A DNA stretch of 64,000 nt from Bigelowiella natans CCMP2755. Taxonomy: Eukaryota; Protista; Cercozoa. A program made the position numbers and the translations under genes. Shown in pieces: positions 39,972 through 52,649 of the stretch. Numbering within the stretch: position 1 is the stretch's first letter; each line of letters opens with the position of its first letter. The stretch is taken from the NCBI GenBank assembly GCA_000320545.1, contig ADNK01001091.1, positions 1 to 64,000 on the forward strand. Reading direction: 5' to 3'. The notes beneath the pieces are model-generated. The model saw only the letters and a program-made list of their open reading frames with translations, was not told where the DNA came from and did not search any database.

Positions 39972-40638
39972 TGCCCAAACCACAGCTAGACAGCAGTATG
40001 AACGGCATGAACTCCATGTATCATCGTCTTCCAACACTGCCCGACTTCATGATGTGACCTGATGACAGCTCTGCTTAGTGCGGACATGTCTAGATGTACG
40101 TGTGCTTAGTTGCAGAGGTGAAACACACATCATCATGCAAGCTCTAGAGCTAGCAAGACCTAGAGGCGGCCATGCTACATGTACCCATTCGGCAAGCTAG
40201 CTAGCAAGTCGATAGTTCGTGCCGCAAGCGCGTAGCATGTTGCATGTGCAATCAAGATTGCTAGACAAACATGCCTGCAAATTAGTGCAATGTGTGCAGC
40301 TAGGCTAGTAGGCAGCAGTGCATGCACACACATCTAGACATGCACATGCTCTAGTGCTAGCTAGCTAGCATGTGCTAGTGTGCAAGGTGCAGTCGCTGCA
40401 CTAGGGCATCTAAGCTCATGCTACCCAGCTACATCTAGACTTGATCAGATGTACAGACGTTGACTGGAAAGCCAAAAGAATCATGCTTGGCAGCCAAAAC
40501 TTTTGCCATTATCAACTGCAAACATGCACGTCCATGTTGTGCATTGTCACAATGCTGCTCTGCACGTGCATGCTGAAACTTCATAGTACGTCACATTAGC
40601 CAACATCGAAATCGTTACAAATTTTAGTTGTTGAACAC

Positions 40639-41891
40639 CTAGATTGGTCTCATTGCTTGTTGACTGTGTTTGACTGTATTTGTCATAGCCTTCTTCATGT
40701 GAGCCCAGGAAGGATTACTTGCATTACTCTTTCCATTTTGCTTTGTTCCTCCACATGCGTTCGGCTCGTTTACGCAGACAGAAATTGTAACGATGACTAT
40801 TATTAGCACACTCATAATGACTGCGAGACAAATACCCCATTTTAGATTGTTTTTCCAGAACTTCCACTTGAGATTATTCCCAACATTTTTGAAACCATTA
40901 GCATCGTTGCGAAGGTCCTCTGCATCCTCATCAAGCAGGGCTAAATTTTCTCCACGATCGAGAATACCCCTCATCATGTCCTTGCTTTTTTCTTTCAGCT
41001 AATGAGTTGATAGGAGTGTTTGTATTTGCGAAGCACAATCTATCCATAAACACAAATGCCATGTATCACCTCTGCAACCTGACGATGCACTTTGCTTAGT
41101 TTGGTGCTTCCAAATTCAGTTCCAAGGGCTTCAAGGAAGGACTCACATTTAGAATACAGAGTATCTGAACAATGAAACATTATCAGAAATGAGTGGCGAA
41201 GACTCTGAAATATCTGCATCAGTACTATGTTTTGCTTTCTGGACTTCTTCCTTGCTACAGGTGGAAGTAAACTCTGCGACGAATTTTTTTAAAAGAAGAC
41301 TTTGGCTTTTTTCAAATCCATTCTTTTTACCATCCAAGAAAGTCACCTTCAATCCACATAATTAAACTTTTGAAGCATCTCATTAACATTGTTGAAGCAC
41401 AATAATTACCGCAAAAAATGCGCATGAATTTTCCTCCTCCGGTCGAAAAATGACATGAATCGTGTAATCGTCTTTATCGGATTTAAACGATTTTATCTGC
41501 ATTAAGTAAATTTAGTCTTTGTGTGAGAAACTGAATGAACACAGTTGTAAGGCAAATGTATTCTGCCGACGCATTTGCTTGTACTTGTTTACTTATCTTT
41601 CACAGTCACATTTCACATTTCTCTACACTGAGGTCACACATGAATTCATTGGAGTATTTGCATCAACATTACGCTTCTGGCTCTATTCCCACGGTTGCTT
41701 GCATCTTTCATCATTTTCTCAGCGATCTTCTTGCATTTAGGTTCAATGTCCTTAATTTTCTTCTTCTCAGCCTTGCTCTGCCGCTTTTTAGGCCATCGGA
41801 CAACCACCACCGACGGGCATACCTCCCGCTTGGAGTCTACATCTGGTAAACGGAAGGCGGCAAGATAGAGAACGGTGCTGCCTTCCGCCAT
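40639..41891 (-). CDS. Longin-type R-SNARE (VAMP7/synaptobrevin-like)
   Basis: C-terminal R-SNARE motif MRGILDRGENLALLDEDAEDLRNDANGF..LKWKFWKNNLK plus TM GICLAVIMSVLIIVIVTISV. Divergent longin-like N-terminus starting MAEGSTVLYLAAFRL. Confidence 0.85.
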
Positions 41892-42390
41892 TGGTCTGGT
41901 CTCTCTCTTTTGTTGGTGTTGGTGTTCTTTTTCCAGACACACATTGTGATGCAATCAACCAACGCTCAGAACAACAAAACCTCCTCAAATTGCTACTTGC
42001 GACAACAAACGCGGTCGTTCACGTGCTGGTGGGAAGTTTGTGCTGCTGGGTACAAGCTCCGTTGCTTGGCATGTCACCATGCAGTTGCTGTTGCTGCACT
42101 ACCGATGTTGTCATTTGCAGGGTGAACGTGGTTGTGCACGGAAATTGAACACCTCTTGTTGGAATCATGGGAATGTTGGAATGTCGAAATGAACACGAAT
42201 CTTGACCCTTGAATCTGCACACGTTGCACGCGTGTCAGGTTTCTTGTGTGTTGCGCGTAAGGTGTTCACAGGCCGAGGCGCTACGTGCACAAGTAGGCAG
42301 GGGGGGGGAAAGGCACGTTTGCTTCCTTTTGAAGAGTTGTGTTTATTTTTATTAAAGATTATATTTTTATTAAATCGTGCACTGCGTAAT

Positions 42391-42591
42391 CATTCGCGAA
42401 GCTTTCGCGAATGCCGCCGCACGTGGGGCAGCACACTTCCGGTGTGCTGCCATGAGTCCCGCCGGAACCCACGTGCCTATGCTGTATTAATATCTACGTT
42501 ATCTATATTCTATATCCGCGACAACCCCTTTGTTGTCGCACGTGACTTGTGCCCGCGTAGTGGTACGCGCTACACCTCCCCCAAGTCACGT
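42391..42591. ncRNA. Candidate structured RNA or cruciform regulatory element (cluster of perfect hairpins, several CACGTG)
   Basis: Inverted repeats: cattcgcgaa/ttcgcgaatg; gcacgtggg/cccacgtgc enclosing ggcagcacac/gtgtgctgcc; gcgacaac/gttgtcgc; acgtgacttg/caagtcacgt enclosing cgcgta/tacgcg. The repeats are certain; the RNA call is inference. Confidence 0.4.
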
Positions 42592-43385
42592 TGCTCCTTC
42601 CTTCCTTCCTTATTCCCTTAGACCTTCATCGCTTTCGGAACTTCACCAACCACCAGGTAATAGATTCCTCTCTAACCTTATCTCCTTTGTCGCTTACCCA
42701 GAACTCACCTTCGTCCTCCTGGGCGTGTCGCTCTAGCGCTGTTCGCGAGTCCACAACACAATCAATTTTTTTGCATGGACAGCCTGCACAAGCCACAGCA
42801 AAGAAAATGCAAATGATCATCAAGTTTCCACAATGAGGTGCAAAAACAAGCAAATGACCTTTGAATGCTGACACCAAAGCAGTGTGCGCATGCTTGCGAG
42901 GCCATCAGAGTTGAGAGGAAACAAATCGGTGGAATGGGTCCGATTTTGAGCAATTGACTGGACGCGCGCGCACACGAATGCTGACAGTCTAGAGTAATGA
43001 TTCATGCTGTCGCATTGACAATGCTAGAATGCTGCTACAAGGAAAAGATGGGACTACTCGGTGAGATGTGTTGTCTAGCTTCGTGTAATTTGTGTTTGTA
43101 CGCTTGTTTCTTGGTCTCCATCGCACAGCTGAATGTAGTAGCCAGCATGTCAAGGCATCAAGATGTTCTGCTGGCTGAACATGATTTGTATTTTTTACAA
43201 CGAACGTATCCAAATGGATCCACAAACTTTATATTTGTTCCTAGTTGCTACATGAGCTCTTACACCGTGCCGTTACTGCGCAGGCACGATTTCAAAACTG
43301 GTGCATCGATCGTATCGTGCATCGAGATACACCACACATATTGGCATAACGTAACACGTGGTCTGTAGTCCTTTCATATTGTAAA

Positions 43386-44514
43386 CTATCCAGCAATAGC
43401 TAGTCGCCCGTGAGCCTTCGAATAGGCGGCATGCAACTCATCCGTTAATCTTGATGTAACCTGAGAGATGAGAGGGAGGGGAAAGAAGAGCAAAGGGGGT
43501 AGAGAGGAAATAAAGGGACATGGAGGAGTTTTTAGATAGGACATTCAACAACGAATCGGGTGAAACTATTCGAGCTTTCCTGTTTGGTTAATGCACATTT
43601 ATGTGTCAGAACTGGTGAGCATATAATTTCAATTTAAACATGCTACTATCGCTGAAATATTTGTCGTCGCGATTCTAATACCTTTTTCCATATCTGGATA
43701 AGCTGTATGGTACCAAGCTTCCCGAGCCTCTTCTGGATCGTCTGCACTAGTGCCATACCGAAACCTATTATTACATATCTATATATTTATGTGATAGATG
43801 GTCCATTAGCAAAAGCAATAGGCTGTGCATCTGGATCATAGCATTAGACACCAGGACAGTGTATACGTGATTTTGTTTGAAAATGGATACCATCAAAATG
43901 TTCCTTGGTCAATTTGTAATGGCGATGGCTGTTTGCGAAAGACGATGTGAGCTTCTTCAAGTCATCCTGATAAATAGTAAATGGCCTGAAGTACCACGAT
44001 TTACTGTTTAAATTGTATGGACCTTTCCCTTTACCAATCGCGTGATAGCTGATTGGATCATTCTTGCCACAAGAATATGCTCTTGTGGAAATTTTTTCCT
44101 GTAAAAGGCAGACTGTAAGCTCAAGTGAAAGTTTAAGCAATCATAAGTCGGAGATAGGGAGGACATCATTGTTTACTGGATATCAGGGCAAAACTTGAAG
44201 TATGCGTTCATGAACTCTGAGTGGAAGGATTCTAGATTCAATGGCCCCGCTTTCAGTGACACAACCCCATTATCGTCCATAACTTTCAGCGAATTTATGC
44301 CAACTGCTTCCTTGCTTTCATCCGACGCATCGCTTTCGCCTTTCTCGAACTGAGCAACTTTGTGAACTAGATCGCTGCACGCGATGCGCCACGAGAGTCG
44401 AATAAGCTCCTGCTGCGCCACCTTCTAAGAAAATATTCCATGTTAAGAAGCTAACATTCGACCTGGAATCATAAACCCCACATTCATATCTCCCTTTGCA
44501 TTTGAGTTCCCCAT
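43386..44514 (-). CDS. Single-domain 3/3 globin with N-terminal myristoylation-like motif and A-B insertion (6 exons)
   Basis: Spliced: MGNSNAKGDMN/KVAQQELIRLSWRIA..LESFHSEFMNAYFKFCPDIQ/KKFPQEHILVARMIQSAITRLVKGK/DDLKKLTSSFANSHRHYKLTKEHFD/GFGMALVQTIQKRLGKLGTIQLIQIWKK/VTSRLTDELHAAYSKAHGRLAIAG*. Has the A-helix SW, C2 Pro, CD1 Phe, F8 His, G-helix EHF..G and H-helix W. Confidence 0.8.
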
Positions 44515-44674
44515 TAGAAATTCGTTCTACGCGGGTTCTGCGGTGGAGTCGATGCGTTTTCGCGCGGCTGACTCAAAGCTGTTGAGCGGATCCCAGCACG
44601 TCAAAACCTTCCGAGACTCTTCATGTGCATCACATGACTGTGTTTCTACACTTCGTTTTCGTTCCGGCTCACTC

Positions 44675-46286
44675 ATGAGCAACGGGCGGGATGAGCAAGC
44701 TCAAAAGCGTCTCTGCCTCAACCTAAGCTCTTCATTCCTCGTGTGACCTCATCCGACTACCTTCCTCTGTCTCGGGACTTCATGTTAGTAGCTGTTAAAT
44801 CCCGGATATATCACTTCGGAGACCACTGCGGGATGTCTCCAGCGGATCTCCCCGTTGCATCCCAATGAAGAAAGATGCTTGCCCTTTCCACTCACACTTG
44901 GGCACATTTCCGGAACCAAAACCCTTGCCACTACGAGTACTTCATTGAGAGAATTCAATCGGTTTGGCAAGTCGCCATTGTAAAATCGCATTCAAGCCGG
45001 GCAAAAAACCACCATGCTTGTGCTCGGGAAGGCCTGCTGCAAAGAAAGCTCCGAGGAGAGGATGAACGTGGGCAAATGATGGAGGACGTCCAGGTGGGTT
45101 GGACTGATCGGACGCATGATGCTTTAATTTATATTCCCATTGATGATGAGTCACAAACTACAAACCTACAGGCTCTGAGCGAAATCTTCACGGACATCGA
45201 TCCGAACTACATCTTTGAAGAACTCCAGTCGCTGCCCCCCACGCCCGACCGCTGCGTCATTGTTGCCGAAAAGATAGCAAACAATAAGAATGCACCTAAA
45301 AGAAAGTTCTTGGGTACGTTAAATGGCCATTGATGTGCTCTTGTAGACCATAAATTCCTTTAAAAAAGGTGAATTGGATCGCTCTTCTTGCGTCTCTGGA
45401 CAGGAAAAGAAGTTTATGGATGAAATAGACGTTGAGGAGGCTGCACGAGGGAGGGGAATGTTTGCAAATGGCTTTCCTGACCCTGGAACTGCGTCCGAAT
45501 CGGTGGAGTACAAGGAACTGTGCTGGCTTTACCTGAAGAACGAATTCACTATGATTTCAGCTAATCACATACGGAGCATTCTCTCCCTAGCAAATGGAAG
45601 GTAAAACCCTGCTCTGTTGCTCATACGTGTGTATCATAGCATTGAATAATGAAGATGTTTTGTATCACAGGTATTTCCTTGCTAGATCCATGCTAGCAGA
45701 AGACGTTAGCGGAGGTATTCGACGATAAATTCCACTATCCTGATCCCACTGAGATGCTGTCCTGACATTTTACAGGTGAAGCCATTGTTTTTGCTGGAGC
45801 AAAAAGACGAAGGAAGAAAGGAAAGCGAGAAGCTGGGGCAAAATTTTTGCGGAAGGTTCACAACAACACGAAAATTCGCCTATCCTAGTCGTCTTGAACA
45901 ACATCTATTTGCTCTGCAGCCGAGGAAACACGAGGAGGTCCCTGAAAGAATCAAGTGCGACGCATTTCATCGAGAGTACGCATACTCGCATAAGGTTTAG
46001 CTTTAATGAACAATGTGATCCCATAACAATGTGATCCCATGGCGTACCTGATTAATCTTTTCATTTGTCCAATGCTACTCCACTTCAGGAGGCAATGATT
46101 CGAGCAAGGAAGAACGTATATTACAGACAGAGTTTGACTGGAACTATTCTTATTATGCAATTACTCTTGCTACCTTAGGAGATCATAAATGATCATGAGA
46201 ACCGTCTAGCGATCTGCCGTGCAGAGGGACTACTCCTCACCTGCGAATGCTGCTTTGAAGATGTACACCGACCATATCGGAAGAGG

Positions 46287-46335
<49 letters not shown>

Positions 46336-46559
46336 GAGGGGTGGTGGGGGGGGGGGAGAGAAAGGAAGGAGCACAATTGGTTGGTTAATTTCTTTGAGGA
46401 AATTGTGTGTAAGAATACGCGTCAAAATGGCACTGCTTAATACTAAATTTATCAGGAAGTATTGCCGGAGGACATGGTCGAGTGCAATAAAGGCCATCCT
46501 TTTTGCAAAGTAATATTTACCCAATTCGTGGGGTATATTACCAACGCCAAACAAGATGC

Positions 46560-46596
<37 letters not shown>

Positions 46597-46852
46597 TTTA
46601 AAGGAATGTGTCCGACGAACAGCGAATGAGGTCATTGGACTCGGGAAATTTAGGGTAAACAATAGTCAACGAGCACACGCACACACACACACACGCACAC
46701 ACTAGGGACGGGGTGTGTCTTTCTTACCTCGTTCTCTTTCTTCCTACTCGCGTATGTATTCTGCAGGTAGGGTGTTTACATATGGCGGGATGCAGTGAAG
46801 GTGACGTGAACCCACCCTTTAGCTCGAAGATTATACCAGAAGTTTTGAGCAC

Positions 46853-46886
<34 letters not shown>

Positions 46887-48341
46887 TGCTGCTCCTGCCT
46901 AATGTATGATATACCCTGTCTCATTATTGTTTCTTTCTCGCACACAGAATTTCCCCTGTTCGCCCTCAAGGAGTCGTTGCCAAAGTCCATATTCGATGGG
47001 TATGAACGGAGGGTGCAGGTAACTAAAGTGTGATGGCGACGGGACTCTGATATGCATCTCTCCCCTACTATTTAATAACTGGGCGACTCTTACGTGTTTT
47101 CTTTCGGGAAAGGAACGAGATATCGAGACAGCCGGGCTGAGCGGCCTAGAAAGGTCCAAAACGATAGAGAGAGAAAAGCGCAATCCTGACAAAATTGTTA
47201 GGTTCTAACCCTGGTATGAATATGTGATAAAAACGTGTTCGTGTAGATGCCCCTTCTGCTCGTATGCAGTAATAATGGAGTCGAAAGCAGACTCGGTCTT
47301 CCGCTGCAAGTCTCCAGCGTGCGGGTTGCTATTGTTGCATTGTTGATATAAAAACTATGATGGTGGTGATTATGAGAGTGATGATAACGTGTTAAGGATT
47401 TTAGCGAAGTTTTGTCAACACAATCGCGAGAGCTGAGAATATCAGTCAATCCATGGCCGTTTGATAGAAAGGAGTCTTGTCGCTGGTGCAAGGAGCCTTC
47501 TCATATCCCGCTACGATGTGATGAAGTAGAGAAAAAATCCGAGAAGGATATGAGGTGCTTCATCGAAGAAAAGGTTAATTAGTAATCTCGCTCCCACTCC
47601 CCCCTTCCTATCGTGATACATGGATATGTGCGTGCGTGCTTGCTTGCATATGTGTTGTAATGCGGACAGTATTGTAACAAACATTAACGGGCTTCTCACC
47701 CAGATAAGCCACGCCGCATATGCATGACTATCACTCGAAAGGAAATCGCTTGCACAACTAGTACTTACTACATACAACCCCTAGATGACACAAGCCCTCG
47801 TGCGAAATTGCTGGAAGTGTAAGCGCAACTTCTTCAAGGTCGAGGGCTGCAACCATATGACTTGCTCTTGCGGCGCAGAGATGTGCTATCTTTGTGGCAA
47901 ACGTCTCGCAAAGGTATGGCTGCGGCGAAGTTTTTATGACGTTTGACATGTTCAATTTTATCGAAAGAAGAAAAGACAATGGGAAGCTCGAAGGAGAATG
48001 CTGAATCTATTTCTTCTAGGGAAAATATATGGAACACTTTGGTGAAGATAAACCCTGTAAGCTCACAACCAATACGAAGGTAGGTCTATAGTGACATTTC
48101 AATTCTACAACTGATAAGGAGAATGCCCATAATATGGTTGGCTTTTTTGCTGCTGACCATACAGGCCTTCAATCGTAAAAGGGTACAGGAAGCAGGTAAG
48201 GCAGCCCTCTCCAAATACCGAGAGGATCACCCAGAAGTTCATAATTTGGAGTTGAAGTACAACCCAATGGGAAATGGCAAGGGGAAGAAGAAGAAGATCC
48301 GCCAAGCAAAATCAAAACGAAAGCGAAAGCGGAGGCGATAG
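44675..48341 (+). CDS. RNF216: RBR E3 ubiquitin ligase, RNF216/TRIAD3-like
   Basis: LKNEF..IS..IR segment. RING1 CECCFED..QCNKGHPFCKECVRR..CLHMAGC. IBR CPFCSY..FRCKSPAC.KESCRWCKEPSHIPLRCDEV. RING2 MTQALVRNCWKCKRNFFKVEGCNHMTCSCGAEMCYLC. Basic NLS-like tail. Confidence 0.85.
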
Positions 48342-49086
48342 TAAGACACAATAAGGATGTAGAGAAATGATTCAGGTAAGAGGCAACACACGCAAGCAAT
48401 GATGTACAATACAACCAAGCCAACAAAGTTGTCGATGCTTTTAAAAAAGAAATTGCGTAAACTTTCATCCTCAGCAACAGTGAACAAAGGATTCAAGCCG
48501 CAGGGCGCCCCAAGCCATGCATGCATGCTAGCATGGTTAGATTAGCTAGTAACACAAGCACGCTCAAAGCGCGCTAGCACATGTTGCTTTTTTATTTTTG
48601 TGCCTTCTAGCCGGTGCTCAGCCACGTAGGACGAAATTATGTAAGTAGATAGCTTATCCAGATAGCCCTCCTGCATTTACGGCGTCATACCATGTTGACA
48701 TGCAGCTCTAGAGTTGTCACTATGTGAGGGGCAATGACAAGGATCCGAGCATTACTAGATTGGTGAATTCTGATGGACTCCACACAAGCCAAACGCACTA
48801 TGACAACTATGCGACGATATATATACTAGTATGCATGACAACTGTCATGCTTGATGCAGTGATTGCGTTTTTGTCGGTAGCACACATGTAGCTAATAGGC
48901 ATGCGCAGTGAGATATCACTGTGAGATGTCATTGAGAGTAGTACATTGAGACTCGTAGCTCATCACACAAGCGACACCGTTACGCACAGGATATTCAATA
49001 ATGAGGCACCGCTAGATTGAGCAAGGGGTTATGGAAATATGCAGCCGCGAATCGGCAATCTGCTGCAGCAGCTTCTGTCTTTTTTA

Positions 49087-50253
49087 CTAAGAACCCGGAG
49101 TCCTCGTTATAGCTGGTATCACGCCCTTTGCCCTGAGTGCATTGAAGGCATTTTCGATGCGCAATCGATCCCCCAGGGAAACACCTACCTCCTTGAAGTT
49201 GTTGTGTGAGCATGAAGTGATGATATCCGCATATAGCCTCTCTTTCTCCAGAATCGGCCAAATACGCTGCCATGCCGCGTTTCCCAACTCCCCAGCCAGC
49301 GACTTCATCAGACCCTGTGCGTGTTTGCGGATGTTACTATGCGTGCGCGTGTGGACACATAAGTGTACACGGGAAAACCTTTAAGATCTAAATCGTTGAT
49401 ATCCCGTAGATCATGAAAGCATGAAAAGTAGTAGGGTAATTGTTGCGACACCGACTAAATTTCGAAATATATATAATTTATTCATACGCTAGTAATTGGG
49501 GAAGAGTGCAAACAAAGCAATTATGTCATGTCTACCCTACTTTTAGTAGCCGCGAGTGCAGCGGTGATAGGGTCGCATTATCCCCCCCTCTTCCTTTCCT
49601 CCTCCTCCTCTCACCAACCCACCTCTGTGAGTTCTTTCGAATATGCAGTTGTTGTCGTGTTGCTGTCTCCTGAGCTCCTCTCCGCTTTGACAGTTGATGA
49701 TGACGAGGAGTACCGGCAATCTCGCTGCAACGAAGGCATGACCATCGTCTCCAGACTCCCCTGCGTGCTGTCCTGCATCTCCTCCTCTTCCACCTCTCCC
49801 CCCTCCTTCCTGCCCGTTGTTTTGTTCTTTCCCCTCTTCCTCCTCCTCAGATTCTTCTTGCTGTGACTCTTCTTCCTCTTCTGCTTTCTCCTAGTTATTA
49901 TCTCCTCCTCCTCCTCGTCCTCAGTCTCATCGGCTGGAATCTCGTTTAGGGGCTTTCCAAGAAGCTTAGCCATGCGATTGTAAGCTCTGAAAGGAAGGAG
50001 GAGAGGGGGGGGGGGGGGGGCAATCAGCGACAGGGGAGCATTTACAAGAATTTAAGATTTCACGGCCCATAATCCGACATCGTGAAGCGTGCTTTTAGGG
50101 AGGGCATCGCCCACAATGTTCATGTTGCTGATTGCCGCTCACATATTTGAAACGCCGTAGAAAAGCCTTTATGAAGGAAAGCGCAGTGTTCTCCCGTTTC
50201 GCAGCGCGCTGCATGGATGATCGTCGTTGGATTATTGGCGTGTAAGCAGACAG

Positions 50254-50286
<33 letters not shown>

Positions 50287-50593
50287 TACGATGGCATCAA
50301 AAGCACGAGCGATGCCATTATTTTAAGAGTGGCATGGCGCTCAATGGGAAAGGCAGGCAGCAGCATCCTATCATCATCATCATCATCATCATTTAAGACG
50401 AGCAAACAATCCTTCCTTTCTCCTTCTCCTACCCCCCCCAGCCCCCCCGGCACATACTTTACGGCTTCTTTCTTCGTGCAGTAGGTTCCAATTGCGACTT
50501 GCATATTACGAGCATTGATCAGTGCCTGGTATCGCCCGTTGCTCCGAAGTTTAATGCCAATGAGGCGGGAGGTGGTGGACGCAGAGGAGGAAG

Positions 50594-50627
<34 letters not shown>

Positions 50628-50997
50628 CGACGACGATCTAGTAATATTCCTCCTACTCACCCGCCTTTTGCCCTGTGCTACTCGGTGATTTTCCTTTTTC
50701 CCCGCAGTGGCAGGGGGCGGAGGCTGGCGACGAAGTCTTTTCTTGCTGCTGCTGCTACTGCTGGATTGGTTGTCACTTGCAGTATCATTGCAACGTCCTC
50801 TTTTCTTCCCAGTCCCCTGTCGCTGCCGTCGTCGTCGTTGTTGTTGTTGTTTACGATTATTGTGGGATTCAGGTGGCAGGGTCAAAGGCCTTGACTTGCC
50901 ACTGAGCAGAGCGAACACCAGTATAGCGGAATCAACCTGCGGTGGCTTGCCGAAGTTCTCATACGAAAGCTGGTAATATAGCAGGAGAAAGAGAAAG

Positions 50998-51039
<42 letters not shown>

Positions 51040-51091
51040 TGTTTTCTTTTGCTCCTCTATGTCCTCTTCTTCTTCCGTCTCACCACCATGA

Positions 51092-51128
<37 letters not shown>

Positions 51129-51160
51129 CCATTGTCACCATGTCGTTGTACATCGTGATG

Positions 51161-51198
<38 letters not shown>

Positions 51199-52649
51199 CT
51201 CAGAGATAGCTGGACAGTCGTTCATTGTACGAAGGTACAGACCGCCGCACGATCAGAATCAGGTAAAGTCGGGTTATTTCGTCATCGGGAAGAAACGAAA
51301 ACGAGCGTAAATGCAAAGGTCACCAGCAATTATCTGTCATGCACTAATATTCATCCACTAACTTGCTGAACATCTAACATATCGCTTCCTTCCAATGCAA
51401 TATTCCCTGCCAGGAAATGCCCGTCCCCTCCCTACCACAATACCCTTTCGAATTCTTTGTTGGCTTCGTCGTGGGTGAAGTAGGTCACTCTCAGGCCTTT
51501 GCTATCGAAGTTGTTCGCTATCCCTGTATACCTGATGTAGCAGTGGTAGATGAGAGTAGTAGCAGAAGGAGGAGGGGGGGGGGAGGAGCAATGCTGCAGC
51601 AATAAACGAATAAATATACATCATAGTAGCAATGGATAAATGGTGTTAGATAGCATGGTGAAACAATCGATAAAAAATCTTGTTAGTCCTCCCCTATTCC
51701 TGCACACCATGTTTTGTCTCCAGACCAGTACACAGCTATTCTGGTGCCCGGAAGAAGGTTACTTTTCACGCAACACTACGTTAAGGTGAGAGAAGGGGAG
51801 GAGGAGGGGGGGGGGGGGGGGGGTTGTTTAAGGAAGCATTTCTATTAAGTTTCGGAAGAAGACAAATTTTACATCAATCCACTTCGGCTCCTTCTTCTGG
51901 ATATTGTCGAAGCGTTTCAAAATCCGGTCATTTAAGTTCACCTGATTCAGGTGTATTATTATTATCCATATTATTACTATTTTATTATTATTATTATCAT
52001 TATGAATTCAGTCGGCATGATCTTTCAACCGTGTGGTATCAATGTCATCAACTCAATGAAGAAGCCAGGGACTATTATCCACACACACCTTCTGAAATCG
52101 CTTATCCGGCCATGAGAGCCACCTGTGTTCGCCATTCTCATAGACAAAGACAGCAGAGCGTGACGCTGCTGTATGTAGCAACACCCGTTCGTTACTGCCC
52201 GGCGTGGAACTAGATTGTCATAAGGAATTCTACTATTTCACTCACCCCTCTTCCCTTTAACACGTTTCTCTGCAATGAGAAGCACGTACTTCGACCTAGA
52301 TTTTCCCTCCTCGCGGACCTGCACAGCAAGTTACATACTTCCTCATCATCTATCAAGCACATGGTGAAGAGACCATTCCCATCAATATGCAAGGGCTGGT
52401 GTAACCCATATCTTCCCACTGAATCCAAACGCGCGCACAAACCCCTCGCTACAGCAACTACACATCAATCGTAGCACATAGCTGATGAATCACATCGTGC
52501 GTCATCATTTCACAAATAAATACACGAATTCGTACGTACTACGCCTGTATACTAGTAGCGCTGTGCAGATATCATTTGTGAGCACTGGGCTCCTCTGCAA
52601 GACAAACTACGAGTACAATTACCTTGTAGAGCTGGTGTGACGCTGTCAT
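49087..52649 (-). CDS. Putative chromatin/transcription regulator: two Tudor-like domains + AP2 DNA-binding domain + C-terminal SAM domain
   Basis: Tudor-like ARVWIQWEDMG..VFVYENGEHRWLSW and GTRIAVYWSGDKTW/YTGIANNFDSKGLRVTY. AP2 LIGIKLRSNGRYQALINARNMQVAIGTYCTKKEAVK/AYNRMAKLLGKPLN. SAM WPILEKERLYADIITSCSHNNFKEVGVSLGDRLRIENA. Start tentative. Confidence 0.7.

Noticed and set aside
42419-42476. Three-way junction with ATGAGTCC..GGAA looks hammerhead-like
   Set aside because: Lacks the invariant CUGANGA and GAAA core and the NUH cleavage site.
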